DNA of 57,579 nucleotides from Octopus sinensis (lineage: Eukaryota), in the NCBI RefSeq assembly GCF_006345805.1, contig NW_021832554.1, positions 1-57,579 of the forward strand, read 5' to 3'. This document shows positions 1-12,317 of the stretch, one piece after another. The notes beneath the pieces were generated by a model. The model worked only from the letters and a program-made list of their open reading frames with translations. It made no database searches and was not told the origin of the DNA. Every line of letters begins with the position of its first letter. Positions within the stretch are counted from its first letter, which is position 1. Made by a program: the position numbers and the translations under genes.

Positions 1-33
1 TTCGCTCAGCAGCAAAAAGTTTGAAAAGCACTG
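1..33 (-). mobile_element. Possible terminus of a hAT-type MITE cut by the window edge
   Basis: Reverse complement begins CAGTGCTTTTCAAACTTTTTGCTG, resembling a hAT-type CAG terminus; the other end is outside the window. Confidence 0.3.
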
Positions 34-60
34 GCGTATATATTATATCTATATAACACC

Positions 61-94
<34 letters not shown>

Positions 95-560
95 TCATTT
101 GACGTCCGTTTTCCATGCCTGTAAATCGCAGATAAGGAAAGGAGACAAGGCACCTGCACCAGAAGCCAGGGCACCTGTGATTTCACGGGGGTTTTTCCAT
201 GAGCACCCCTCCAATGTCCCCTCCCAATCGAGGATTACATATTATTAAAATGTTATTGCTTTTTTGTCTGCTTCTATTCGTAAAACCTGTTTACATGCAA
301 AACCCTCACAATAAAAACACACACACGGAGACGCAGAGACGCTCATTCAATGTTTTACCCTGTGACACCCATAATGTTTGTCTGATGTAAATCCTTTCTG
401 GTCAATAGAGAAATCATCATCATCATCATTATTACTATTATTATTATTATTATTATTACACAGTGTATTTGTTGTGTAATTTTTACAATCATATTTTTGT
501 TCTGTTTACACTTTAGGTGTGTTCATGTGTGTGTGTATGTGTGTGTGTATATATACTATG

Positions 561-591
<31 letters not shown>

Positions 592-599
592 TTATACTA

Positions 600-770
600 C
601 ACTCACGGAGTGGTTGGCGTTAGGAAGGGCATCCAGCTGTAGAAACACTGCCAGATAAGACTGGAGCCTGGTGCAGCCTTCTGGCTTCCCAGATCCCCGG
701 TCGAACCGTCCAACCCATGCTAGCATGGAGAACGGACGTTAAACGATGATGATGATGATGATGATGATGT
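600..770 (-). mobile_element. Short retroposon of the (CAT)n-associated repeat family (RTE-linked 3' end type)
   Basis: Contains GGATGCCCTTCCTAACGCCAACC in reverse; same family recurs at 11355-11930, 13585-13822, 16235-16315 and 53265-54610. Confidence 0.6.
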
Positions 771-921
771 ATGTATGCATACATGTGTATATAGTTGTAT
801 GTATGCACACATTAATGTATTTATGTATGTATACAGGTGTGTATGTATGTACGTAAACATGTATGCATTTATGTGTATACATATATGTATACAAGTGAGA
901 ATGTACATATGTAAACATACA

Positions 922-963
<42 letters not shown>

Positions 964-1067
964 ATGTACACACATATGTATACATGTCTGTATGTGTATA
1001 TCTATCTATCTAATACATACATATACATACACACACCATATATATATATATATATATATATAGATAA

Positions 1068-1107
<40 letters not shown>

Positions 1108-1330
1108 TGCCCCAGCATGGCCGCGGCCTTCGGGCTAAAACATTTTAAAGATTTCGAGATTTATATATATATATATGTAAGCATGTATGTAAGTAATATA
1201 TGTATATAGGAATGTATGAATGTATGTGTGCTTATATGTATACACCCCCCCCCACACATATATATATTTATGTATATATGTATACATGTACATATGTGTA
1301 TGTACATCTGTATGGCTGTGTATGTTCATG

Positions 1331-1433
1331 CATTGGTCATCACTACAAGCACTGGAGACTGTTTTAGCTGAAGAATGGACAAAAATTCCTTTGGAAACAA
1401 TTGAAACTTTGTACGAGTCCATTGCTCATAGAA
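1331..1433 (+). pseudogene. Tc1-family transposase C-terminal fragment
   Basis: Translates WSSLQALETVLAEEWTKIPLETIETLYESIAHR, resembling the Tc1 L...L.EEW.KIP......L..S...R motif; isolated within simple repeats. Confidence 0.6.
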
Positions 1434-1509
1434 GTCTATATGTTCGTGCATTGGTCTATATGTGCGTGCGTGTGTGATTTAAATGAGTGTATGTGTGTAT
1501 ATATATATA

Positions 1510-1925
1510 TAGGGAAGCTTTATGAAAATAGACAAAAGACGAAGGCAGGTTTACGGAAATAAACAAAAGACGAAGGCAGGTGGAATACAAACAAACAATT
1601 GTATTAGTATGGCGCTCAGGAATATAAATAAAACAAGTCTTTAACGTTTCGAGCCTACGCTCTTCAACAGAAAGATACACAGAGAAGAAACACAGAAAGA
1701 AGGAGAGAAAAAAAATGCGTGCAGAGGCTAGCGAATCAACATGGCGAAACGGGAAGCTTTACGAAAATAAACAAATGACGAAGGCAGGTGGAGTACAAAC
1801 AAACAATGTATTAGTATGGCGCTCAGGAATAGAAAAAGTCTTTTACGTTTCGAGCCTATGCTCTTCGACAGAAAGATACACAGAAAAGAAACAAGGAGAG
1901 AAAAAAATGCGTGCAGAAGCTAGCG
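1510..1925 (-). mobile_element. Penelope-like element end, two tandem ~200-bp pseudo-LTR copies
   Basis: Direct tandem duplication with 201-bp offset; each copy carries GAAGAGC....GCTCGAAACGT on the minus strand, as in Penelope pLTR hammerhead motifs. Confidence 0.6.
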
Positions 1926-2009
1926 ATTCAACATATATATATGTGTGTGTGTGTGTATGCTTACATGTGTTTGTCTTTGTACGTGTGTGGGAGCGTACAG
2001 GCATATATG

Positions 2010-2951
2010 AAAGACAACAGCAACAATAACAACAACAGTAACAATGGCAATGGTAGCAGCAGTGGCAGCAGCAGCAGCAATTACAGCCACAGGAGTCACA
2101 TTGTTAACTGAAGCCCCCACAACTACCACCACCACCACCAACAACAACAACACCACCACAGCCACTACCAATACCGCCATGACTACTAGCTCCGTAACTC
2201 CTAGCACCACCACCACAATCACCACCATCACAACTACTACCTCTACTACTGTCAATATCACCATCACTACCATGACCACAACCACCACCAACATTACAAC
2301 TACTACCTCTACTACTGTCAACATCACCATCACTACCATGACCACAACCACCACCACCATTACAACTACTACCTGAACCACCACCACCCTCACAACTACT
2401 ACCACAACCACCACCACCATCACAACTACTACCTCTACTACTGTCAACATTACCATCACTACCATGACCACAACCACCACCACTATCACAACTATCACCA
2501 CCATCACCACCACCATCACCACAACCACCACTACCAACCATCATTCCTTCCATCATTACCACCACAACAACCACCACCACCCTACCACCATCCCTACTAC
2601 CACAACAACACTTCCTCGTTCCACACCACATTAATTACCCTCATCGCTACCACTGCCACAACTACCACAACTACAACAATACCGTAATCCTACCCACAAC
2701 CACCATTACCGCTACAACTTCCACAACCATGACAACGACCACCACCACCACCACCACCACCACCACCATCATCACAACTACTACCCCTACCTCCAACCTC
2801 ACTCCTACAAGCATAACTGGCACTACTACTACTACAACTACAACGACTACTACCACCACCACCACCACCACTACTACAACTACTACTATGACTACTACTA
2901 CTAATACCACCACCACCACTACTACTACAACTACACTACTACTACTACGAC

Positions 2952-2987
<36 letters not shown>

Positions 2988-2995
2988 CACCACAC
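2010..2995. repeat. (ACC/ACT/AAC)n trinucleotide microsatellite complex
   Basis: Direct inspection; source of the poly-T/V/G ORFs in the track. Confidence 0.95.
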
Positions 2996-3020
2996 CCATA
3001 TCTAGGCAAGGATGTCGTAC

Positions 3021-3120
3021 CTGTAAGATGTTTGTCCTTCTCCAAGATCCAGTAAGAATTTGGTTGGTTGAGGCATCAATGGCCAGGGAGTCACCACAGA
3101 TATGGGGACCAGTGAAATGT
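3021..3120 (-). CDS. WD40-repeat protein, coding exon 7 in window: (R)HFTGPHICGDSLAIDASTNQILTGSWRRTNILQ
   Basis: Acceptor ccttccatag, donor cag|gtacga; 100 nt, phase 2 in and phase 0 out, compatible with the 5383-5414 exon; WD40-like ILTGSW motif. Confidence 0.9.
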
Positions 3121-3480
3121 CTATGGAAGGAATAAAACGGATGACAATTAGGGTCTGTATACGTATATATAGCTATCTATGTGTGTGTGTGTGTGTGCAT
3201 GTGTCAATATGTGAATATATATATACATACATGTGGTAATTAATATGTATATATATATATAAATTATAAAATGAGATAGGGGTTGTTGTGGTTTCTTGAT
3301 GTTGGTTGAGGAACTGTGGAGTTCAATATGGAACATTATTGTGTTTGTTAATGTATATTGATCTATATTGTTTATATTGTATTATTGTGTATATATATAT
3401 ATGTAAGAATATGAGTGTGTATGCACACATATTTATATTATATTAAATTTTTTAGGATTTGTACTCATAATTGCATTAAA

Positions 3481-3590
3481 ATCTCTGAAGAGGCCGTGAA
3501 TATTCTTGTTAATGTCTCATTTGTACCTGCTTTATATGGCTAATAGGTTAAATGGGACATACCTGTCTTCACGCCGAAACAGCTGTCAGC
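3481..3590 (+). other. Type-I hammerhead ribozyme-like motif (Penelope type)
   Basis: CTGAAGA 3485-3491; helix II GGC(C)GTGAA/TTCACGCC; GAAA 3576-3579; palindromic helix III ACAGCTGT; GTC cleavage triplet ending 3587; helix I weak. Confidence 0.55.
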
Positions 3591-3778
3591 TATAATGTAA
3601 ATGTATTTCTATTTCTATTTCTATGTCTTGTTATTATATTGTACTATATTAATGTATAATATCATTGCTATTGTGTAGTGGTTTAATAAAGTATTGATTG
3701 GGGTATTATCTGATAGTTGATGACTGATTTAGATATATTTCTCCATTTTCTCTTTCCTCATTTTGTATATATATATAT

Positions 3779-3825
<47 letters not shown>

Positions 3826-4109
3826 TTAAATAATGAGGGTAGAAATTAATATTAATTAATTAATATCAATTTAAACCAGTGGCCCAGCATACTTAAAAGA
3901 ATCCGAAGATAAAGAAATTATATTACATACGTATTGCTTACCAACCACATGGTTCTGGGTTCAGTCCCACTGCATGGCAGCTTGGTAAAAGAGACCGATA
4001 GAATAAGTACTAGGCTCACAAAGAATAAGTCCTGGGGTCAATTTGTTCAAATAAAGGTGGTGCTCGAATAAAGATAGTGCATTTATTTTCACCATTATCT
4101 CTCTCTCTC

Positions 4110-4147
<38 letters not shown>

Positions 4148-4529
4148 TGTGTTTCTTCCCCAAACACTGCCTTGAAGAATTTTAATGGTACAAATCCGTG
4201 ACCAGATTTTTTGTCCGATGTCACTTTGTGCACATCTTTTTGTCCAATTGGTATTATTCCTTCCGGAATAATATCAATGCTTTCTTCGAAACATATGTTG
4301 GAAGTATTAAAATTTGAATAACACCTGCGTTTAACTCCATTTCTTAATCTATCTATCTATCTATCTGTCTGTCTATCTATCTGTCTATATATATATTCAT
4401 TATTCAAGGCTGTCTTCAAAGAAAATGACTGTGTTATGCAAATGCTCGTTAATCCAGGAATGGAATCACCAGATGGTAAGCCACAACTAGAAACACAGAT
4501 GGGGAATGAAAGGGGGATACTAAAATAAG

Positions 4530-5360
4530 CAAGCAAATAAATGAATAACAAAAGAAAGAGAGAAAGAAAGAACAAAAGAAGGAAATAGAGAAAGAAATCG
4601 ACAAGTAATGAAAGAAAGAAAGGAAATAAAGAGAAAGAAAGAAGGAAAGAAAGAGAGAAAGAGAGAAAGAAAGCAAGAAAGAAAGACAGAGAGAAAGAAA
4701 GAAAGAAGGAAATAAAGAGAAAGAAAGAAGGAAAGACAGAGAGAAAGAGGGAAAGAAAGCAAGAATGAAAAAAAGAAAGGAAATAAAAAGAAAGAAGGAA
4801 AGAAAGAGAGAAAGAAAGAAAGAAGAAAGACAGAGAGAAAGAGAGAAAGAAAGGAAGAATGAAACAAAGAAAGAAAGAAAGAAAGAAAGAGAAAGAAAGA
4901 AGGAAAGACAGAGAGAAAGAAAGCAAGAATGAAAAAAGAAAGAAATAAAGAAAGAAAGAGAAAGAAAGAAAGAAATAGAGAAAGAAATCGAGAAGTAATG
5001 AAAGAAAGAAAGGAAATAAAGAGAAAGAAAGAAGGAAAGAAAGAGAGAAAGAAAGCAAGAATGAAGAAAGAAAGAAATAAAGAAAGAGAGAAAGAAAGAA
5101 CGAAAGAAAGAAAGAAGGAAATAAAGAGAAAGAAAGAAGGAAAGACAGAGAGAAAGAGGGAAAGAAAGCAAGAATGAAAAAAAGAAAGAAATAAAGAGAG
5201 AAAGAAAGAACGAAAGAAAGAAAGAAGGAAATAAAGAAGGAGAGAAAGAAAGAGTAATAGAAAGAAGTAAAAATGCACGGAAAGAAAGAAAGAACGAAAG
5301 AAGAAAGAAGGAAATAAAGAAGGAGGAAAGAAAGGAGGGAAAGAAGGAAGGAAGAAGTAA
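4530..5360. repeat. (AAAG/AG)n purine-rich compound microsatellite
   Basis: Direct inspection; source of the FLS-rich ORFs. Confidence 0.95.
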
Positions 5361-5382
5361 AGTAATTAGATATGTCTTTCAC

Positions 5383-5414
5383 CTGAAGGAGCGAGGGTTC
5401 CTGTCATCCCAATA
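5383..5414 (-). CDS. WD40-repeat protein, 32-nt coding exon 6: YWDDRNPRSF(R)
   Basis: Acceptor ctctttcag, donor cag|gtgaaa; phase 0 in and phase 2 out, bridging exons 11192-11300 and 3021-3120; supplies the WD dipeptide. Confidence 0.9.
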
Positions 5415-5504
5415 CTGAAAGAGAGAAGAGGCAGAGAAGGTGTGGTTAGTAAAAGGATATAGAGTGGTGGTGGTGGTGGAGGTGGTGACAAATTTGTAGG
5501 GTGG

Positions 5505-5683
5505 TGTGGGGGGGGTAGTCGACTACATTGATCCCAGTGTTTCATGGTACTTAATTTATTGTACCCCGAAAGGCTGAAAGGCAAAGTCGACCCTTGCAGA
5601 ATTTGAACTCAGAACTTAAAGATGGACAAATTGCCATTTTGTCATTTTGCCCGGCATGCTAACGATACTGCCAGCTCGCTGCC

Positions 5684-5750
<67 letters not shown>

Positions 5751-5766
5751 TTATTATTATTATTAA

Positions 5767-5806
<40 letters not shown>

Positions 5807-6420
5807 ATTATTTCAAATTTTTGCCACAAGGGCAGATTGGGGGAGGTAGGGATTAGTCGATTACATCGACCCCAATAATCAACTGGTACTTATTTTATTG
5901 ACCCCGAAAGGATGAAAGGCAAAGTTGACCTCAGTGGAATTTGAACTCAGAATGTAAAGACAGATGAAATACTGCTAAGCATTTCGCCCAGCGTGCTATT
6001 GTTTCTTATTTCTTTATTGCCCACAAGAGGCTAAACATAGAGGGGACAAACAAGGACAGACAAGGAGATTAAGTCGATTACATTGACCCCAGTGCATAAC
6101 TGGTACTTAATTTATCGACCCCCGAAAGGATGAAAGGCAAAGTTGACCTCAGCGGAATTTGAACTCAGAACATAACGCAGACGAAATATCTATTTCTTTA
6201 TTACCCACAAGGGGCTAAACATAGAGGGGACAAACAAGGACAGACAAACGGATTAAGTCGATTATATCGACCCCAGTGCGTAACTGGTACTTATTTAATC
6301 GACCCCGAAAGGATGAAAGGCAAAGTCGACCTCAGCGGAATTTGAACTCAGAACATAACGGCAGACGAAATACCGCTACGCATTTCGCCCAGCGTGCTAA
6401 CATTTCAGCCAGCTTGCCAA
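5505..6420 (-). mobile_element. Cluster of tRNA-derived SINE family A copies, including a trimer
   Basis: B-box GAGTTCAAATTCC and body GTCGACTTTGCCTTTCATCCTTTCGGGGTCG in reverse; tail CCCCTTGTGGG.AATAAAGAAATA. Confidence 0.85.
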
Positions 6421-6499
6421 CTTAGTAATAATAATAATAATTTAAAGGGTACCTTGTGGTGAGGAGGGGGTTAAGTCAATTGCATCGACCCCAATGCAT

Positions 6500-8640
6500 A
6501 ACATGGGTGTTTTGTTCAACATGCTTAAACAACCCTTATTCAAGGACCTTTTGAGCAGGATGGGCTATTCAACCTGAAGAAAATTCTAACTGGGCCCCAC
6601 CTGCAAGGTCATGTGCTGTTTATCTTGATATGAGATCACCATGTCGCGCACATATGGTTGCGATGCATGTGCCTGGTGTACCCTTATCAGACGGGGAGTC
6701 ATGATGGGTATACTGGGCTTCGTATATTTTACCCCAGTGTCACTTTGATGGCATGCACTGCTCTCTCACTCAATGATAATAATAACAATAATAATAATAA
6801 TAATAATACTGATGCCAGTACCAGGCAGTGGCTCTCATGGCTTCTGATCTTAACTGATTGGAAGTGTTATCATGTACATTGTTTTGTCTTGGTATAAAAG
6901 ATGGGCTACAGCAAATATTCTGCTCAATACCACAGATTTGCTTGTCAGTGTTTGACCTTAACCAGTTGAGCATGTCCCTTAGTGGCTGACGATATGTGCA
7001 TCTCTGATCACGAGCAGAAGAAGTAGTGGGAGAGCATCATAGCCATGTGTTGAAAGGAATTCTTCTTTGGGGTTTGAATAATTCACCTCTGGAAACATGG
7101 TGTTTTCGTTCAACGTCCTTAAACACCCTTATTCAGGGACCTTTTGAGCGGGATGGGTTACCGATCTGAAGAAAATTCTAACTGGGCCCCACCTGCAAGG
7201 TCATGCACTGTCTATCTGATTGAGATCACCATGTCGCACATATGGTTGTGATGCATGTGCCGGTTATACCCTTATAACGGGTAGTCATGATGGTATACTG
7301 GGCTTGTATATTTTACCCCAGTGTCACTTTGATGGCATGCTCTGCTCGCTCACATCAATAATAATAATAATAATAATAATAACAATAATAATCCTTTCCA
7401 CTATAAGGACAAAGCCTGAAATTTTGGGGCAAGGGAACTAGTTGATTAAATCAACCCCACGACACACAAAGTAAATCTCAATGGAATTTCAGCTCAATAA
7501 CAACAATGATGATGATGATGATGATAATAGATGCATGTACCTGGTGTACCCTCATCAGACAGGTAGTCATGATGGGTATACTGGGCTTCATATATTTGTA
7601 CCCGTGTCACTTTGATGGCATGCACTACTCCCTTTCTCAATAATAATAATAATAATAATAATGATAATAATAATAATTATAAATGCCCTGATGCAGTACC
7701 AGGCAGTGGCTCTCATGGCTTCTGGTCTTAACTGATTGGAAGTGTTATCATGTACATTGTTTTGTCTTGGTATAAAAGATGGGCTACAGCAAATATTCTG
7801 CTCAATACCACAGATTTGCTAATGCCCTGATGCAGTACCAGGCAGTGGCTCTCATGGCTTCTGATCTTAACTGATTGGAAGTGTATCATGTACATTGTTT
7901 TGTCTTGGTATAAAAGATTGGGATACAGCAAATATTCTGCTCAATACCACAGATTTGCTAATGCCCTGATGTAGTACCAGGCAGTGGCTCTCATGGCTTC
8001 TGATCTTAACTGATTGGAAGTGTTATCATGTACATGTGTTTGTCTTGGTATAAAAGATGGGCTACAGCAAATATTCTGCTCAATACCACAGATTTGCTAA
8101 TGCCCTGATGTAGTACCAGGCAGTGGCTCTCATGGCTTCTGATCTAACTGATTGGAAGTGTTTCATGTACATTGTTTTGTCTGGTGTAAAAGATGGGCTA
8201 CAGCAAATATTCTGCTCAATACCACAGATTTGCCTGTCAGTTGTTTGACCTTAACCAGTTGAGCATCCCTCAGTGCCTGACGGTATGTGCATCTCTGATC
8301 ACGAGCAGAAGTAGTGGGAGAGCATCATAGCCATGTGTTGAAAGGAATTCTTTGGGGTGAATAATCACCTTTGGAACATGGTGTTTCGTTCACATCCTTA
8401 ACAACCTTATCTGGGACCTTTTGAGTGGGATGGCTACTTGGACCTGAAGAAAATTCTAACTGGGCCCCACCTGCAAGGTCATGCAGGTCATGTCTATCTT
8501 GATATGAGATCACCATGTTGCGCACATATGGTTGTGATGCATGTGCCTGGTGTACCCTTATCAGACGGGTAGTCATGATGGGTATACTGGGCTTCGTATA
8601 TTTTACCCCAGTGTCACTTTGATGGCATGCTCTCTGCTCT
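6500..8640. mobile_element. Tandem cluster of a ~560-bp non-coding interspersed element embedded in (AAT)n
   Basis: Copies at ~6500-6780, 6808-7355, 7525-7640 and 7682-8640, separated by (AAT)n runs; the last has four tandem 139-bp 5' segments (starts 7682, 7821, 7960, 8099). Confidence 0.75.
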
Positions 8641-8707
8641 CATCCATCAATAATATGATAATAATAATAAATAATAATAATATAATATAAAGAAGAAGAA
8701 GAAGAAC

Positions 8708-9165
8708 ATGCCTCCTCATTGATATGACTGTCCTCGATATAAACGTATCTGTCAAGACCTACCAAAAACTGAGTCAAATATAAAGATCTTGAAATAGAAA
8801 TCAGCAAAATGTGGAAGCTGAAGACTAAAACAATACCTGTTGTCATAGGTGCCCTGGGAATGATAGCAAAGGGGCTGATTGCTACCTAACTCAGATACCA
8901 GGAAACCCCAATGGCAGAAATTCAAAAGATAGTGCTCATGGGAACTGCTCATATCCTACGCAAAATACTTTCTATGTAATCTCAAGGTTTAAAACAAACA
9001 ATTTTTTTTTTTTTAGACATCCACTAGTACAACACAAAAAACAAGCAAATATATGGCACACTAGGCATAACAACAACGGTGAACTTCCAACCTGGTGTCT
9101 CTTGCGGTCTCTGGGTGAGACTTGGAGCCAACTTGTACAAATATAAAGCAAAAGTCAAAATATAA
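8708..9165 (+). mobile_element. R4/Dong-clade non-LTR retrotransposon, 5'-truncated 3' end
   Basis: Frameshifted translation LIDMTV..DINVSVKTYQKL..YKDLEIEISKMWKLKTKTIPVVIGALG...QKIVLMGTAHILRKILSM*, a restriction-like endonuclease C-terminus; (AAT)n tail. Confidence 0.8.
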
Positions 9166-9353
9166 TAATATAATAATCATAATAATAATAATAATAATAA
9201 TAATAGTACTAATAATAATAATTAATATAATAATAGTAATTAATATAATAATAATGATAATAATAATGATAATAATAATAATAATAATAATAACGATAGT
9301 AATAATAATAATAATAATAAATAATAATAATGATAATAATAATATAATAATAA

Positions 9354-9393
<40 letters not shown>

Positions 9394-9402
9394 TAACGAT
9401 AG

Positions 9403-9438
<36 letters not shown>

Positions 9439-9545
9439 TAATAATAATAAATAATAATAATAAATAATAAATAATAATAATAATAATAGTGATAATAATA
9501 ATAATTAATAATAATAAATAATAATAATAATAATAATAATAATCA
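9160..9545. repeat. (AAT)n microsatellite
   Basis: Direct inspection. Confidence 0.95.
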
Positions 9546-11155
9546 ATTCTTTTTTATTGGCCACAAGGGCTAACACGCATGATTACATAAAGGGACAAAA
9601 CAGGACGAAAGGTTACAAAGGGTTTTGTCCGTTTGTTAAAAACATCGAGTAAAAATCTTTATAACAACTTATAAAATTCAACAATGAAAAACTCCCAAAA
9701 GGGGAGACGTTTCGAAAGGTTCCTGGTGGAAAAAACCTTACAAAAGCCAACGGGAGCCTGGTCTAAAAAGGGGGTGTAGAGAGTCCCCTTTTCTTTTCTC
9801 CTTTTGTATTACCTTTTTGAAATCACAGGCGAAACCTGAGAACTGGTCCATTTATACAGGCCAGTCTCGCACAATTCACCCACCTTTCATAAAACTTGCT
9901 ATCGGACAGCACTTTCCTCTCTAACCTCATCTTCCTTTTCAAGTGAAACTTGAAAAAGTTGATGAGGCCTTGACCAAAGAGGAAAGTGTCTGTCTTTAGC
10001 CTTTCAAACGAGTCCACCACATGACCTCTTTCGCCACAGCCACTAGGCACAAGAAAACGGCCTCGCCCTCCTTGTTAAAGGAGGTCGGTGGGGCAATCTT
10101 CACAATGGATTTGGCCGATAGTCGGATCCTCCTACACGTGACAGTAGCTGTTCGACATAACCCATATTTCAGCAATACTCGGGCATGGACGAGTGTGTGC
10201 AGAACGGTTTCGTCGTCCTGGCAACACCTCGCAGCAGGCCCGCTGACGGCACTTCCGTGCCGGTATGAGTTTATCTCGAACAGGCAGAGCCCCTCGGTAG
10301 CACTGCCAGGCGAGAGACCTCTGGAATTATCCATCGGCCCCGGCCCGAAAGTCCTCCCGAACAGACCGCTCAGTTCGTCGTCTTCAACGCCTAGAGTTTC
10401 TCCCCGAGAACGTCGTCGCATTTTTCCTCCACTAACCCTCTATAGAACGCTAGAGTGGAGCTGTAACCGACCGCATTGCCGCCTGCCGCGGAGGGCGGAG
10501 AGGGCTTGACGGCACTCGAGGTGCCAAGCGCCCTTTCTCGGTCTACGTTGATCCAGGTCTGCAGCTCCGTCAAAGAGACGAGCTGCGGAAAATCGCGTCT
10601 GACAAAAGACGACCACACCTGTTCACCGTCTAGGAAGCGCTTGAGATGCCGCAGCCTGAGCGCATGTCTGCGCAACAGCAACCACGGCATTCCAAGGCCT
10701 CCGTTCAGCGGTCGTGACAGCAGATGGATCGCCTGACCAGTGGCACCTGACCCTTCCACAAAAGTCGAAGAGCAGGCGTACAGCTTGGCCAACCAGCGGT
10801 CGGGACAAGGGACGACGGTCAAGCGGTAATAGATGACGGATGCGATGTACGCATTCGCCACCTCCGCTCGACCCCTTTCAGGGAACTGCTTCCTCTCGGC
10901 CCATTTCTGGGTGAGACGTGCCACCCTGCTCGTCACCTCTTCCCAGTTCTTATCCACCTGGAGGTCGGACCGAACCAGCCCCGAGCAGTTTAACGGGTCC
11001 GTCTGTCCAGCAAGCGCCCTACGACGCTGTTTGGACGGCATGGGCTTGCCTCTCCAGGTGCCCAGTTGCAAGCCCACAGACTTTTCCCCGCTTTATCTTT
11101 GCCCCTGTCAGTCACCGCTTCATACTGGTTTAGCGTCTCGCCAATCAGGCCAAAT
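9546..11155 (-). mobile_element. Tx1/L1-clade LINE, 5'-truncated, frameshifted ORF2 C-terminus plus 3' UTR
   Basis: Minus-strand ORFs 10391-11077, 9996-10421 and 9823-10050 give RAEVANAYIASVIYYRLTVVPCP, LGMPWL, ETVLHTLVH and VAKEVMWWTRLKG, typical of post-RT and zf-RVT regions; ends GGCCAATAAAAAAG. Confidence 0.85.
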
Positions 11156-11191
11156 AATAACGATAGTAATAATAAACTTATGAAGACTCAC

Positions 11192-11300
11192 TTGGACTGT
11201 GTTATCCCATCCTCCTGATATGAAAGTATTTTGTGTAGCGGGGTGATACTGGGCTGCAAACACACGGAATTTGTGGCCATCCATCAACTGCTGGGAATCA
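11192..11300 (-). CDS. WD40-repeat protein, coding exon 5: (S)DSQQLMDGHKFRVFAAQYHPATQNTFISGGWDNTVQ
   Basis: Acceptor tctattccag, donor caa|gtgagt; 109 nt, phase 2 in and phase 0 out; GH...V....HP.....SGGWD.TV WD40 signature. Confidence 0.93.
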
Positions 11301-11354
11301 CTGGAATAGACATTGTAGATATGTGGTTATATATGTGTGTGCGTGTGTGTGTCA

Positions 11355-11930
11355 TCATCATCGTTTAAAGTCCGCTTTCCATGCTAGCATGGGTTGGATG
11401 GTTTGACCGGGGTCTGGGAAGCTGCACCAGGCCCAGTCTGATCTGGCAGTTTCTACAGCTGGATGCCCTTCCTAATGCCAACCACTCCGTGAATGTAGTG
11501 GGTGCTTTTCACGTGCCACCAGCACAAGTGCCAGGCGAGGCTGGCAACAGCCACGATCGGTTGGTGCTTTTTACGTGCCACCAGCACAGAGGCCACAGGA
11601 GGCTGCACCAGGCCCAGTCTGATCTGGCAGTTTCTACAGCTGGATGCCCTTCCTAATGCCAACCACTCCGTGAATGTAGTGGGTGCTTTTTACGTGCCAC
11701 CAGCACAGGGGCTAGAGGAGGTTGGCAAACGGCCACGATCGGATGGTGCTTTTTACGTGCCACCGGCACGGGGGCCAGACGAGGCTGGCAACAGTCACGA
11801 TCGGTTGGTGCTTTTTATGCGCCACCGGCACGGAGGCCAGTTGCGGCGGCGCTGGCAACGGCCACATTCGGACGGTTCTTTTACGTGCCACCGGCACTGG
11901 TATCACAACTACAATTTCCATTGATTTTTG
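11355..11930 (+). mobile_element. (CAT)n-associated RTE-linked repeat with internal duplication and GTGCCACC subrepeats
   Basis: Duplicated GCTGCACCAGGCCCAGTCTGATCTGGCAG...CACTCCGTGAATG block and repeated TTTTACGTGCCACC units. Confidence 0.65.
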
Positions 11931-12317
11931 ATCGAAAATTGTTGTTGTGATACCAGTGCTGGTGGCACGTAAAAGAACCATCCGAACTTGCTAAAGGAAA
12001 TAACGAAATTATTTTAGTGTGTGTGTCTGTGTCAGTGTTGCTATCACTTTATAACCGATGTTGGTTTGTTTTTATCCCCATGAGTTAGTGGTTTGACAAA
12101 AAAATACAAAGAATATACACATATCAGGCTTAAAAAAAAAAAAATAGGGGGTTAATTCATTTGAGTAAAACCCCTTGAAGGGGGTGCTTGAGCATGGCTG
12201 CAGTCCCATGATGGGAATAAGTGAAAGAAGGTACAGACTTTTGCAGTAAGTCAGCAGGAGAAGAATTAAATGAAAAACAAAAACAAATAAAAATAAAATG
12301 AGAAGACATGGAGGGAT

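Noticed and set aside
5686-5812. (AAT)n/(ATT)n palindrome
   Set aside because: Explained by adjacent repeat tracts of opposite polarity, ordinary in this genome.
7682-7745. Possible HDV-like ribozyme at the 5' end of the AAT-embedded element
   Set aside because: P3/L3-like and P2-like pairings exist, but P1 is imperfect and P1.1 is absent.
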